A stretch of DNA of 64,000 nucleotides from Camelus dromedarius (lineage: Eukaryota), in assembly GCF_036321535.1 (NCBI RefSeq), contig NC_087437.1, positions 113,586,001 to 113,650,000 on the forward strand, written 5' to 3'. Positions 25,628-38,479 of this stretch are shown piece after piece (position 1 is the stretch's first letter; each line of letters opens with the position of its first letter). The notes under the pieces were generated by a model, which saw only the letters and a list, made by a program, of their open reading frames with translations, searched no databases and was not told the origin of the DNA. Made by a program: the position numbers and the translations under genes.

Positions 25628-26514
25628 AATTACCCTAATGATTTTTAAACTCATTTCTTTGATAGCACACTGCCCATGTTGCTATATAGACGAATGCAGG
25701 AGAATATAATCATATACATATATATGTTCTAATGCTGAGATAGATGAAAAAGAATAGTTTGCATCCAATTTGTCCCTAAGTCCTGGATCACAGTTGAGGG
25801 AAGAGATGAGGTCGACTACATTCAGTTTTGTTTTGGGAACAAGAGCTTATGAGCGCTTCAGACGTCTCACCATTTGTCAACCCCACTTAGCCTTCAACTA
25901 TTCTCCTTTTCAAATGAAGCAAGATGATGCTACACTTACAGCTTTCACAGGGAAGTGTCGGAACTTTCTGGTGCTTTAAAGAGTGATAATTAGTAGGTGT
26001 CTCTTCCACTGGGCTTGGAAAGCTTTGATTTGTGCTTCTGGCTCCTCTGAAATATATTTGCCCCCTTCAATTCAAAATCAAATAAATGCAAACATAGCTT
26101 TCCTTCCTCATGAGAGCAATGACCCAGCACTATTCAACTGCAGTACAGAGAGCTGGAGACGTCTGATCCTGCCCTGGAGGGATGACCGTGGCTACTAGTG
26201 CCCTGGACACGCCAAGGAATGGTCCTTCCTCAGATCTCTCTAATCTAAAGATCTTGGCTGAGGATTAGTCTGTCCTTTTCTCTAACCTTAATCATCTGAT
26301 CAACATATAAACAACCAAAATGTCCTTCTGACAAGCCTTCATCCAGAGTCCGGACATTTCCTATCTTCACTCTGGTGTCCAGGAGTCAAAGTGGTTCCCT
26401 TTAGCCTCTGTGCCTCCAGAAGGTTCCAGACCAGAGGGAAAAGTTGCTAAGGACACATTATTCTGCCTCTGAGGGAGGCAGGTCTGTTCACAGGACATGC
26501 GTCTAAACAAATAT

Positions 26515-26650
26515 GGCAAGAGAGAAAGATCACTGAGCTGGGAGTTGAGACCTACTTTCTCCTCTTGGCTCTCCCACTAACCAGGAGTGAGATGTGGGGC
26601 ACTTTCCTCTTTGGGACTCAGTTTCTGCATCTTTAAAACAAAGGCGATCC
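26515..26650 (+). mobile_element. MIR SINE fragment
   Basis: ggctctcccactaacc...ctctttgggactcagtttctgcatctttaaaacaaagg. Confidence 0.7.
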
Positions 26651-29600
26651 AGTGACTTCCATGAACTGGAACTGTGGACCACCTACCACTAGCCCTTTCT
26701 CATTCAGTGCAGTCCTATGCAATGCATTATTTGGCACCCTCATGTGTTTTAGAATAAGAGAATCTACTCTTTGAGGGAGAAGGCTGAGGGTGACTGTGGA
26801 GGGTGCCTTTCGTGGGAGAAGAAGGAGATGGTGGTTTCCTGCTTGATGTTGACCATATTCTAAGGCACCAGTACCGAGTCTCCCTTCCCCTCATCTTGGA
26901 ATTTCAGCCTCTCTGTTCCTGCAGCAACTCCTGGAACTTCTCCCAAATATCCTATATAAATAACTGTCTGCTCTTCCACATGGGTTCAGATTCATGCTCA
27001 GTTCAACACATCCTGAGCGAAGTATCTGACTTCACTACACAGAGGAGCCTGAAAATGAGACACAAAGACCTACCCAAACATAAGTCCAAAGAGACATGCT
27101 TTATTTGCTTTGTGAGTCTTCACATAATCTACCAATCAGTCTTTCAAAACTCCTGTCTTTTCATGTATGACATGTTAAGACTCTTACTAAAGCACTCTCT
27201 TAAATGTCAGCTCATATACTCTGCAGAAAATGTTTTACCTCTATCCACCCACATTCTTTTTGAAGGTCACTTTACTAAAGCCAGCTATCTGAAAGATGAA
27301 GGTATAAAATCTAATTTCTTAATGGTACAGAGCACTAATCATAGTTTCATTGTTTGATGTTCAGCTGTTGATGCTGATTTGATGATTCCTTTTTCTTTCT
27401 TTTTTTTTTATTTGAAGTTCAGTGGATTATTTAATGAGAGACACATGCAGCAAGTTAAAGCCTGCAAGCCTACTTCATCTTGGTAATGCAGAAAACTCCT
27501 TAAATCAGGGATTCTCTTTCACAGGGCACTTTGAATCATGAAAAATATGGTCTGATTCTTCAAGGAAAATTAGAAGACAATGAAGAAAAAGTAGCTTCAA
27601 ATTTTATGAGCTCCCCTACCCCGTGTGCCTGCAACCCAATCCAGGACTGAATTAATGAGATTCAGTGAGTGGGACAAAGATGTTATGGTAGTGAGATGTG
27701 AAACCATTCCCTTGAGGCACCCACCTATGTTGGGATGGGCCTCTGGGTTCTGGGGGATGGAACGCGGAAGCAGGTCCCAGCGGTTCAATGATCAGGTTAG
27801 GTGATCTTCCATAGGTTATTTACATTGTAGTTTTCTAAGATTTATGTAAGACTGCATCATCTTTGATCTTGCTCTAATGCACTCAAGTAAAAATTAGACC
27901 CTCATTTACTTATACATTGATGATGTGTCTGGTAAGACTGTATACTAGCATAATTGTGCAGATCCATTCACGGTACGTTGGCCCACTGTGCAGGTTGCAT
28001 AGTCACTTGACAATCATTCACCAGACACCTCCAGGAGCTTCCTTCACTGCACTCCAGATTCAGGTAAGTGTCCATTATTGCTCTTAGAGTGATACTTGAT
28101 TGTGCTTAATTGATATTTCCATTAGTCTGATGAATACAAATGGCATTAAATGCCAAGATTGGCCACAAATTGAGTACGAGGCATTCTTTGCATCCACATG
28201 GGAGGGTGAGAGGGTTTTAAGGCAGAGTGGTGAGGACAATTAGCAGGGTTAATGGACCCTTTCCAGCAATGAGATGACACCAGATGCCCCTCTGTTGCCT
28301 GCATACAGAGTACACTTAAGTCTACATTTATCTGGAGAGCACATCACACTGGTTTCAGACCCCACCGATCAGTGGCACGACTTTGTGTTGCTGCAGTAAA
28401 ACAGTGGGACAAAAAGTGGGCTGGAAGCCTTGGGTCAGGTTTTGATGGTCACATCAAGGGTGAACCCTGAAGATCCTCAGAGCTATCACGACTGCCCCCT
28501 GCACTGAGCTCAGAGCCCCCAAGTAAGCCTGCTCAGCTTTTAACTCCCTTTTCTCAGCCTGTGTTGGCACACTGCACGTCTCCAAGTAATTGGGACATAC
28601 GGGAGGCACAAATGGAAAAGGTCCACAGGGGACCATCAATCATGTCATCAAGATCAGTTTCTGAAGAAAACAACCACAAATGTTCAAGTGAAAATAGACT
28701 AATTTCACTCTGACTGTTCTACTGTTCTTGGTTTTATGACCCTGTTTTTCTCATTGGGTGGAAAAATACAAACAACTGCCCAGGAACTAAAAACAGAAAA
28801 GAATCTGTTTTGAGGAAGATTCTCCCCCTTGACTTCCCTGCTGTACTGACCAGGTGCACCCCATGTGGGACCTGAGGGCCAGCCGAGCACACAGTACCTA
28901 ACCTGTGGATTCTTGAAGCATAAAATGCATCTTTAATGTCTTCTTGGCAAAGCATTTCACACGAATCACCAGTTTTCCAGTTGTTACACCAAAGAGAGAG
29001 AAGGGGACCAACGAATCCAAATCTGTTTTACTTAATACAAAAGAGAGGAATGATGATAGAAAGCACACTGGTTATGGGGAGAGAACATGGAACCAGGTCC
29101 CAGTGTTGGTTCACGTCTTAGACCTCGTGAGCTTCCATGTGTTTCTCATGTTGATGCTTCCACTCCCCTCTAAGCAGTCTCAGAGACTGACAAGACTGCG
29201 CCTTTGGGCTTGTTCTAATGAACTCAAATAAAAATGGCATATTGATTTACTTGTGCACTGACACCTGGGTCTGGTAAAACTTCTAACCCTCCCCAGTCCA
29301 TTGTATACTAATGTGATTGAGCCAAATATTTTCACCTCTAGTCACTAGGTAAGGGTGGTGGTGGTAGATGCTGGTGGTAGATCTGCCTGAATGGAGCATT
29401 TGTTTATAGAATACTCTTTCTATTTCCCCCAAATATTTTCTTTTTTCCCTTTTGTAATCAAGTAGGAAAGGAGAGATATTTCGTGTGTTCACTACAGCCT
29501 CCAGCAATTTTCTTCTTTGAGATTCTCAACCTTCCTGAACGAAGAGAGTTTCTCTGAATTACATAGTGAGCAGGGGGCAATTGTGTAGACTAAGATCATG

Positions 29601-30739
29601 GAATACTTCCTCTTGTCTTGAGCAGTTCTTCTGAGAGTTTGGCAGGGAGAGTGTTCTTCTGGACTGGGTAACATTTGGGTGCACAAGCATGTCAGTGCAT
29701 GAAATACATCGTTAAATATTGCATTGCTTTGGGCGCTTGAACTAATATGACTGTTTCTTCTAACGTAAAGGTCATTTGGCTAACTTGATCCTCCCAGTTT
29801 GGGTGACCAATATGGAGGGAGGAGAAAGGCTATCATCCCCTTTCAGGTTAGAAGGTGCATGTTGCACTGGGGGTGTTAGAACTGGGCAGAATTGAGTCTG
29901 TAATTATGTGACTACAGAATATACTGGCCACCACAGTCTTGTGGCTGTAAGTCAAGAGAATTATTTTATTCTCAACAATATCAGTGGCTAAGTGAGAGCT
30001 TTGAGAATAAATCTATATCTCTTATATCTTCTCTGGCTAACGTTCATTAATCAGCTAATGGCTAACTGTATTTACAATGTAATAGATAGTTTCAGTGTTA
30101 CCACTGCCACTCTCAAATGAATTGTTTGTTTAACAGATGGCTTCTGACTTATTTGGGAATGGTTAGAACATCAAAGCCTGGCTTACAAAGCTTGGCAAAG
30201 GCAGTGTATTTGAGTGTAATCTTTTGTTTCCAATGTTACTTCTAAATTACCTTGTTGATACTTAAGATTGATGATGAGTAAGACTAAATAAATCACTTAA
30301 TTGAGAACAGGCATGCCAATATTGATATTCTCAAGACATGTAATTTGCCAAAAAATATTTGTTGAGTATCAGCTACATGCCAGCCATACATGGTGAGCAT
30401 TTATTGATCACTCATGGACATTAGGTATAATATATGTATAATCTATATTTCAAGTAGCCCCCAAAATCCTAATTAGATAAAGTTCAGGAAAAAAAGCATT
30501 CTGGAGTGTTTTTTTTTTTTTTCTTTCTTTCTTTCTTTTTCAAGAGTAAAACAGTCCTGTGCTCACGGACATAGGCAGGTCCAGTTCTCTGTGATTAGAA
30601 ACAGGCTCAGGCTTGCCCAGTGGGTGTGTCAGCCACCTTCCCTTGACCTCACTACCTACATCCTTTGAGAGTGCATTTTCCTTACTCTACTTCTCTGCCA
30701 GGTCCCCTACAAAAGTGCTCTCACCTTCCACCTCCACAT

Positions 30740-31760
30740 TCTCACCATCTCCTCACTTCCCAGCCCAGCAACCTGTTTTTTACTCCCACTGCTCTCCTGA
30801 AATTGCTTTCTCAAATGTCACCAGTGTCAACAGTTGCTGATTCAATTCTTCCCTTCTAGACTTCTCTGCAACGCCCTTGACAGCACCCTCTACCCTTGGT
30901 ATATCCTTGACACCACAGCAGCCAGGACTCTCTTTACTCCTCTGACAGTTCCCTCACTCTCCTTTGCTCTTGCCCCCAATGGAAGAATTCTTTAAGGCTT
31001 GCTTTTCTCTCTGTGTGCACCCTTCCCTGAGCTTCAGCTATTGTATAGATGGAAGTGACTATCAAATCTCTTCCTCCAGACTTGCCTTCTTAAACTCCAG
31101 TCCTCTCTCTACTTGTTAGCTAGACACCTCATCTCTTGATGAGCTTTGGAACACAATGTATCCCAAAAGAAACTCACTGACTCCTTCTTCCTAACAATCT
31201 TCTCTTCCAGACTTTCTGGTTTGGACATGGCATTCTGTTTTCCCAGCTGCCCATGTAATCATAGATGTGGGTTCTCCTTCTCCGTTGGTTGCCCAATTCT
31301 GTCAGTCCTATGCTCACAATGTCTAGTGCTATGTCTCACCTCTTGGCTTGTCCTGCCACCACCTCCATCCAGTCCCTCATGGATTCCCTCTATGAACTGG
31401 TCTCCCGAACTCCAGTCACTTCCTGGTCTCCAATGTCTTCATGTCTCATGAGGTCTCTAGGCTAATCTTTCCAAAGAAATTATATCACTGTGATATTTCT
31501 TTCTTCAAAAATGCTTTATTGTGTTCTGACCCCTAAATTCATTTTCTTGGCTCTTCCTCAAATAGATAACCCTGTCCTTCAAACCCCGGGGACTTGGTGA
31601 TGGGTCCAAATCACATGTGACATTCGTCTCTCTGCCCCTTTCTCTCTGTTCTTCCAGCTACTCGGAACCCCCTCCTTCTCACATTTCTGCCCTTGTCATC
31701 CTTCCAGTCCCAGTTCCATCGTCATGTTCCCCACAAAGCCTCCTCCCTTTGGCGATGCTC
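30740..31760 (+). mobile_element. L2 LINE, long diverged fragment
   Basis: ccactgctctcctgaaattgctttctcaaatgtcaccagtg, gacttctctgcaac, gatggaagtgactatcaaatct, aaactcactgactcc, ctaatctttccaaa. Confidence 0.75.
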
Positions 31761-32229
31761 TGAAAATCGGAATAAAGCATTGCACTTTCCCATAGCTTGG
31801 CTTGGTTAATGCACTGCAGATACAAAGGTGGCTGGTGGTATCATATCATACAGAAAAATGTGACTGACCAGTCAGCGTAGGAAGTGGCTGAGGAGAGCAG
31901 AGGTTTATTTAGCAAGGGCTTCAGCTCTGAAAGCTGGTTATATAAGAGTCCTTCTGGCCAGGGTCACCTGGTGGCGGGCAGACATGGGTGGCAGTCAGAA
32001 ACGAGTTTGGCCGGTGACCTCCCAGCTGTCCCCAGACTCTCCCAGTCATCTCAGAGGCACTGATGAGCCCCAACAGGACTCTACAGTGTGGGTTTCACAC
32101 GTCTCCTGAGCTCCAGAGAGGAGACAAGCTCTTCTGTTTCAGGCCTGGCCACACGCACTACGCTGGCTGCTCCCTCAGTCTGTAAGCAGTGAGCTCTCCC
32201 CACCCTGGCCAAGCCAGTGCATCCTCTAA

Positions 32230-32470
32230 GGACCACTGGCTTAAAAAGGGCCTCTTCCAAGGTCTTCCTTGGACCCAGGCTCTCCTCTGACCACACCCGG
32301 TGCCTTGCGAGTACCTCAATTAGCCCACTTAGTACACTCTCTTATTTTACATGTGTCGTCTTGTCAAATAGAACGTGCGATTTTCGAATGGGAGCCTGAA
32401 TTTTATTCTTTGTGATAACACCTAACATATTCTTTTGCCCACAGCTGGGATTTAATAAATGTTAGTTGGA
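32230..32470 (+). mobile_element. L2 3' end fragment
   Basis: ctcttccaaggtcttccttggacc...ttttattctttgtg...tttaataaatgttagttgga. Confidence 0.6.
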
Positions 32471-32619
32471 AAAACATTGCAGGGTAAAGTTGCAGATTCT
32501 TTGGGCCACCATCACGCTCAGATATGTTGACAGGTGTCCTATGTAAACATGTATCTATTTGTCAACCTACCGCTCAGATTGATGACTTTTTATAGAGCTT
32601 CTAGATAGGGCGGCTTTTA

Positions 32620-32748
32620 TTGTTTCTTTTTTGTTTGTTTGTTTTATTTTGTTTTTCTTTTAATGGAGACACTGAGGATTGAACTTAGGACCTCGTGCAC
32701 GCCAAGCACGCACTCTACACTGAGCTCTACCCACCCCCCCAACCCCAG
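32620..32748 (-). mobile_element. tRNA-derived SINE, camelid Vic-1-like
   Basis: The reverse strand reads gtagagctcagtgtagagtgcgtgcttggcgtgcacgaggtcctaagttcaatcctcagt (A and B boxes) plus an A-rich tail; TSD gggc(g/a)gctttta at 32608-32619 / 32749-32760. Confidence 0.85.
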
Positions 32749-34440
32749 GGGCAGCTTTTAGAATAAAGATACTCGCCTGCATGCACATTCTCAATTTAAT
32801 GGCTGAATAATCTTAAACTTTTCAGTATAAATACAAGTGAATGTGCTGAAACTTCACTGATTTCCTGAAAGTGGAAATTATTATCGTTGTAAGTCAGTTC
32901 GTGTCTTATTTTTGTCTATTTTTTCCCCCTGGTGGGTTTATACAGGGATCCTACAGACGTCAGGAATCTGCTGCTGTTTCTCTGGTGGTAGGAGCACTTT
33001 CCACAGAAGCCCTGTATATTGTGGTAAATGATGCACGGCTCCTTAATTTCCTCCACGGCAGTTTTTAGCTTCCTCCCTTAGGGGCCTGTCCACTGTCTGA
33101 AGGGACCAACAGTTGTGCTGCACATAAACTCACTCTTGGGCTCTAGCCTTTCCCAGAAGCCTTTGCTCTGGAGTCTTTATAAAAAGTTCTTGTGGAGCAT
33201 GTGGCTCTTGGCTCATGTTTGGAAGGTAAGTGTCTCTGTGGACATTTCACCTCTTATACCAACCGACATCGAAGGCCTCGACTCCAATGTGCAGTCAGTC
33301 ACTCCCCTCCTGGGGGTTTTCGTTTGCTGTTCCTTCTCCCTCTGGTTGTCAGCCTCATCCCCTCCCTCCCACCCAGAAGTTAATTGAAAAAAAGTCCTTT
33401 TATGGTTTCGCTTTCGAAATGAGGCTGGTATTTTATCTTTAGAGGTAGACTGCTTATCTGTTTTAAAAATTCACTTCTTCATATACATTAAAAAGGGGGC
33501 CATAAGCAAAACCAGGACAGCAAGGCCTCTTCCACGATGGCCCCAGACGGGGCTGATATGACCTCATTTTCCCTCACGAGGCCAGCCCAGGGCCTCGTGC
33601 AAGAGAATCAAGCCCCTCGAGCTCCACCTCAACCGAGAGGGACTTGCATTTTGTTCATGTGAACTCACCCTCCCGGTGTTTCCTGCCACAAGAATTGTTC
33701 TAAAAGGCTCTGGGAGGCAGATTTCTCAGAGGAGGCCCCACAGGCTCTGCTTAAGTGACCCGGGGCCCAGGCTTGAAGTGATGGGGCCACGGATCCCAGA
33801 CTTTCACTCTGGGCTGTGAGGTGGCGCAGGGGACTGAGGTGGCCTTGTGGACACAGTGATGAGCCCTCTAATTTCCCCGTTGCCAAGGACCGGCTCCCTG
33901 GGCAGCTGGAACCCAAAGCAGACCCCAGGCCACAAGGGACTATGCAAAGTTTCCTACCTGAGGATGTCCATTTATTTATGCACTACTTCTCTGTGCCCGC
34001 CCTCCCCTCCCCCAGGCAACACGATGGGGCTTTTCTGGAGATCTGGAGGACAGGGGTGAGCAAATATTTGTGAGGTTGTAGTTCCGTTTGACCTAAAAGT
34101 GGAGACGTGAACTGAACAACACACACACAGCCTTTCTTTTCAACAACCAATATCTGGATAGCAATTAGTTTGAATATTCCCATGAGCTGACTTTTGGGGT
34201 TCACCTGGGAGGGTTTTACTAATGGTCAGATTTAAAAATAGTCACCTCCGTCTTCTTGAATTCATGCTCTCCCGCTGCAGAACTGTAACGTGAATTTCCC
34301 TAAAGCAAGTCACGTGTGTTTTTTAAAATATATTTTCCATAATGAAAAGAGAGATGGAACCTTCATCCCAGTGAAGCTGGGTGGAAAACTTTGGCTGGGA
34401 ACTGGTAAAGGTGACATTTAAAAAATGTACCCAGCCAAAA

Positions 34441-34525
34441 GGGAGGGTCTAGCTCACTGGTAGAGTATATGCTTGGCATGCATGAGATCCTGGGTTTAAT
34501 CCCCAGTATCTCCACTGGAAAAAAA
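34441..34525 (+). mobile_element. tRNA-derived SINE, camelid Vic-1-like (short form)
   Basis: gggagggtctagctcactggtagagtatatgcttggcatgcatgagatcctgggtttaatccccagtatctcc plus an A tail; degenerate TSD ...tgtacccagccaa / ...tgtaaacagccaa. Confidence 0.85.
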
Positions 34526-34769
34526 GTGTAAACAGCCAATGGACTGAGGAAAGAGAAATTTGTTCCCTGGGCTGGCCTCCCCAGGTGTGATTGCCCATTA
34601 GCGCAAAGCCAGGAAGACAGCCCAATTCTGGAGAGAACCATAGGGGAGGCAAAACATCCACAACCATTGAGAGAAAAGGCCAGTAAGACCTCTTCTGGGA
34701 GTCTGTCACAGCCCGCCATGGAATGGAGAAGGGGCATCTCAGGGTTGTCACCCCGCTTTTTCTAGCCAA

Positions 34770-34890
34770 CCAATCACTAATATTTATTGGTCACATCCTT
34801 TCTGGTAAGTATCAAGCTGGGCCCTGAGGGCACAAAGATGAATAAAATATGAGGACCTCCCCTCCTTCAAGGAGCTTATAGCTCTTCCAG
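34770..34890 (-). mobile_element. L2 3' end fragment
   Basis: caatcactaatatttattgg...gggcacaaagatgaataaaa...ccttcaaggagcttatag. Confidence 0.65.
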
Positions 34891-36169
34891 GGAAACCGAG
34901 GTCAGGTCCCTCTGAACGCACCGGACACCAGTGAATGACACTGGTATTGGCATCTTGTGCTCAGGGCTATAGAATCCCTGCTCTCCTGGCCTTAGAGGAT
35001 CCCAGAATTTTATAACACTAAGGGACCTCAGCGATCTTGTAGCAAACTGAGGTAAAATTAAATGATTGTTATTATTGCTTATAAACTGCCCAGAGCATTA
35101 TTAGACATTATTATCTGGTCTCAGCCTCTCGGTTTAGGAAGGAGAAAGAGTGGCGTGAAGTTAAGTGACTGTCCAGGGTCTCAGAATTGCCTCATTACAC
35201 GTAGTTTAAAATTCACCACTCATTTTATTTTTTTGGTATTCAAAACTAATCTTATTTTTAAAACTATACTGTGAATAACAGAAATTAAACATAGATGCAT
35301 AGAAATTATAGGAAAGAAATTGCACTGAGGAAATACTGAAATGCAATTGTGTTCTGCAAAAAAAAAATTCAAGTACTTGTAAGTATGAGCTTCAGTAATA
35401 ATTAATTATGCATATGATTATATGATGATTTAGTAGCATTTTCTAGAGCATCTGTGGTAGGCAGAGTCCTAAGACAGTCCCCCAAGATTTCCCACCCTGT
35501 TCTCCACAGGTGTCCCTCTTTGCACTAACTTCCAGCATGGGGTACGGGGGGCGCTAACATCCTGTAGAATCCTAGAAAATATAATTAAAGTTCTGTTTAT
35601 AAATCCTTTATTGCCATGTAATAAATGATTACAGAACTACCTGCTGTTTCGCTCTGCAATAGCTCATTATGAAGTTGGCTGCAAAAGACCTTAGAAACAA
35701 TTTGTCAACAGCCTCCAGAGAGCAGTGACAAGGTATTTGTGTTTTATGGTGTTGCCAAGTGTTCGGCACCTCCTCGCAGTTGGGGATTCTTTAACTCATC
35801 TCACCAAAGGGACTTGACACAGGTGGCTCAGATGTTTTGAAGACACCCTGTAGTGAATTCTCCAGGTCAGCTAGGAGAGGGACACCAGTCCCACCAAAGT
35901 GGCCCTGTCACTTAACCCGAGAAGCGCTGTGGAATTTCTTTTGTGTCTTGCTAACAAACTGTAATTTTTTTTTGAACATGAGAATGTCTGTTAAAAAAAT
36001 GTGGATCTGGCTTAGCATCAGGCTAGTTGCCTGAGACTCCCAACCTGGGGTCACTTAGGCGCTTCTGAGTCATTCGAATCTGGCATGGACCAGAGAGTCC
36101 CTGTTCCGAAGGGGTGAGTGTACGGTGAGTTTGTAACTGCTTGATGACATCTAAGCTTTTTGTTTGTAA

Positions 36170-36560
36170 TTATCTCATTATTATCTAGTCCTCACCACAC
36201 TGGAAGGTTAAAAAACAATGTCCTCATTTTACAGAAAAAGGAACTGAGCTCTGAGAGGTTTAACATGTCCTAAGGCTGTAGTAGGTCTTTATCCTCAAAT
36301 CCATCCTGTTCTGTTTACTGAAAATCCTTGATGCTGGTGTTAGCAGGTATTTCTCATATGCTCTATTGCTTCATTTGTTCCTAATTAGTTATAGCCTCAT
36401 ACCATGAAGAAGGTCTTTTTATCCCCATTGTTCAGATGAGAGGCTCAATAGAGTGATGCAATTTGACGGATCACACAGGCTGTAACTGATCACGCTGGGC
36501 TCAGTCCCAGGAGTCTCTACTCAAGAGCGTGTGATCTTCCTGCCATAACCCAGCTGCTCT
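36170..36560 (-). mobile_element. Two MIR fragments
   Basis: ctcattttacagaaaaaggaactgagctctgagaggttt; atccccattgttcagatgagaggctc. Confidence 0.7.
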
Positions 36561-36769
36561 TCCAACGGAGGTATAAGGCCACTGCTATTTTTCACTTTTA
36601 AATCTGAAAAGCACAAAGCACTGACTCGAGGCTGTGTTAAAGCTATAATGGCTCATTCATGGAGCCTCTGTTTTTGGCAGTTTAAAAAATGTATGCTTTG
36701 TAGCATTATTCTTCTGCCCAACTGAACATAATTTAGTCCAACAAGCTTTGACAAGTGCCTGCTTTCTAC

Positions 36770-37240
36770 AACATTTGTGTGGTACCCAATATCTATTCCC
36801 CTTCCTTCTTTAGAAAGAGTCCCAGCTTTGTTGAAGGCAGAGATGTGTTTAGGTAAAAAAAAAAAAAATGCCATGCCTCATCTTTTTTTGGCAGAGAAGC
36901 AGCCATGTGACTACATTCTGACATTCTAGACTGGATGTCCAGGAACCTCTTTAAAGGGCACTCTCACCCTCCCTGCCTCCCTCTGACTGGAGTGTGGGTT
37001 TGATGTCTGGAGTTCTGGTTGCCATTCTGGATCATGAGGCATCCTTGAGAATGGAAGCCAAGTGTTAAGCATGATGGAGAAGAAAGACATAAGGAACCTA
37101 GATCCCTGATGACATGATGGGGCTGCCAGGTCTGCCTTCAGCTACTTACATAGGAATTACCTGGTGAAAGACATCAACTTTTATCTTGTGTAAGCCACTC
37201 CTTTCTTCTAGTCTCTAAAAGCAATTTCTAACTGATGCAG
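36770..37240 (+). mobile_element. Old MaLR LTR (MLT1J/K-like)
   Basis: gccatgtgact, gccattctggatcatgagg, aaggaacctagatccctgatgaca, tttatcttgtgtaagccact...taactgatgca. Confidence 0.7.
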
Positions 37241-37877
37241 TATAGGAGAGCTGAATAAAACACGTTTATTGGCCTCTAGGAAAGACAAATCCACAACTCA
37301 CTAGAGTATGTTATGAATACGATTTGATCTAATAAAAGTATAAACCCGGTAGGGGAACATCTCAGAGAAAGAGGAAATTAATTCTGCTAAAAGGAGGGTA
37401 TCTGGAAATGCTCTTGCCCCTTGGATGGAGGGAGATAAGAGAAGAGCAAATTCATTAAGTAAAAGCCTGGAGAATGAGAAGTCAAGTTTAAGTGATGGCA
37501 AATTTGTTGTAACAAATGGCATTCGTATTTCAGAAATAATTTTATTGACGTTTTCAGCAAAGCATTGTCCATCCATTGTGAACCTTGTTCTTGGACCCCA
37601 ATGTAAACCAAATAGCAAGTTCTTGTGTGTCATTTGGGATATGGTCTATCGGCTCATTCAAGTCCCTTATGTCAAACATTTACCACTAAAGAGGCAACAT
37701 TTTAAGCTATAGAAAAGGTAGTTCTCCTGTATACATTTGGCTATGATTAAGAAAAAAAAGAATTTTATAAATAAGATTCAGTTCACATTTTCAGGGCTGC
37801 GTTAAATAGCTGTCTTTGAGGTGGGAGGAGAAAATGAGAGGGGAAATGCCGTTTATATAAGATCCATTCTGGGATGA

Positions 37878-38245
37878 TGTTTGGGGCTAGATGTTTGTGT
37901 TCCCCCAAACTCATATGCTAACCCCCAATGTGTAAGTATTAGGAGGTGGAGCCTTTGGAAGGTAATAGGGTTTAGATGAGCTCATGAGGGTGGGGTCCTC
38001 ATGGTAGGATTAGTGCCCTGGTAAGAATAGACCAGAGAGATTTCTCTTTCTCTCTTCCCGTGACATGAAGACACAGCAGGAAGGCAGCTGTCTGCAAGCT
38101 AGGAGGAGAGTCTCCACCAGAGCCCGGCCATGCTGGCATCCTGATCTTGAACTTCTCAGCCTCCAGAACTGTAAGAAACAAGTGTCTGTCCTTTAAACCC
38201 CCAGTCTAGGGTATTTTGTTATAGCAGCCCGGGCTGACTAAGACA
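37878..38245 (+). mobile_element. MaLR solo LTR (MLT1A-like), complete
   Basis: TG...CA termini (tgtttggggctagatgtttgtgttccccc...gctgactaagaca); gccatgctggcatcctgatcttgaacttctcagcctccagaactgtaag; near-TSD gatga/gatgc. Confidence 0.92.
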
Positions 38246-38479
38246 GATGCTTTTTACACTTTGCTATCTGTGGAGGGGTAATTTGCTAACAGTTTCATTG
38301 CAGGAGTCATGCTGGAAGTGAGCCTGAAAGGCAAGAGACACAAGGAGCAGAAAGCAGAAGGAATGAGGAACAAGACTCCAGTCTTCAGCAGTTACTGCAA
38401 CTAGGGGAGCTTCAGGAGATCGGGCAGGTCTCAGATCACTCATGCGGGTGTTCAGTAAACGTCAATGTGATCCTACTCC

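Noticed and set aside
26803..27357. 184-aa ORF
   Set aside because: GTG start, Leu/Ser/Phe/His-rich composition typical of non-coding DNA, no homology recognised.
34441..34515. tRNA-Ala-like sequence
   Set aside because: Degenerate stems, an A tail and a TSD indicate a SINE copy, not a tRNA gene.
37301..37712. Three overlapping ORFs on both strands, one containing WMDNA (superficially transposase-like)
   Set aside because: No further DDE motif context or TIRs seen; a profile search would be needed to support it.
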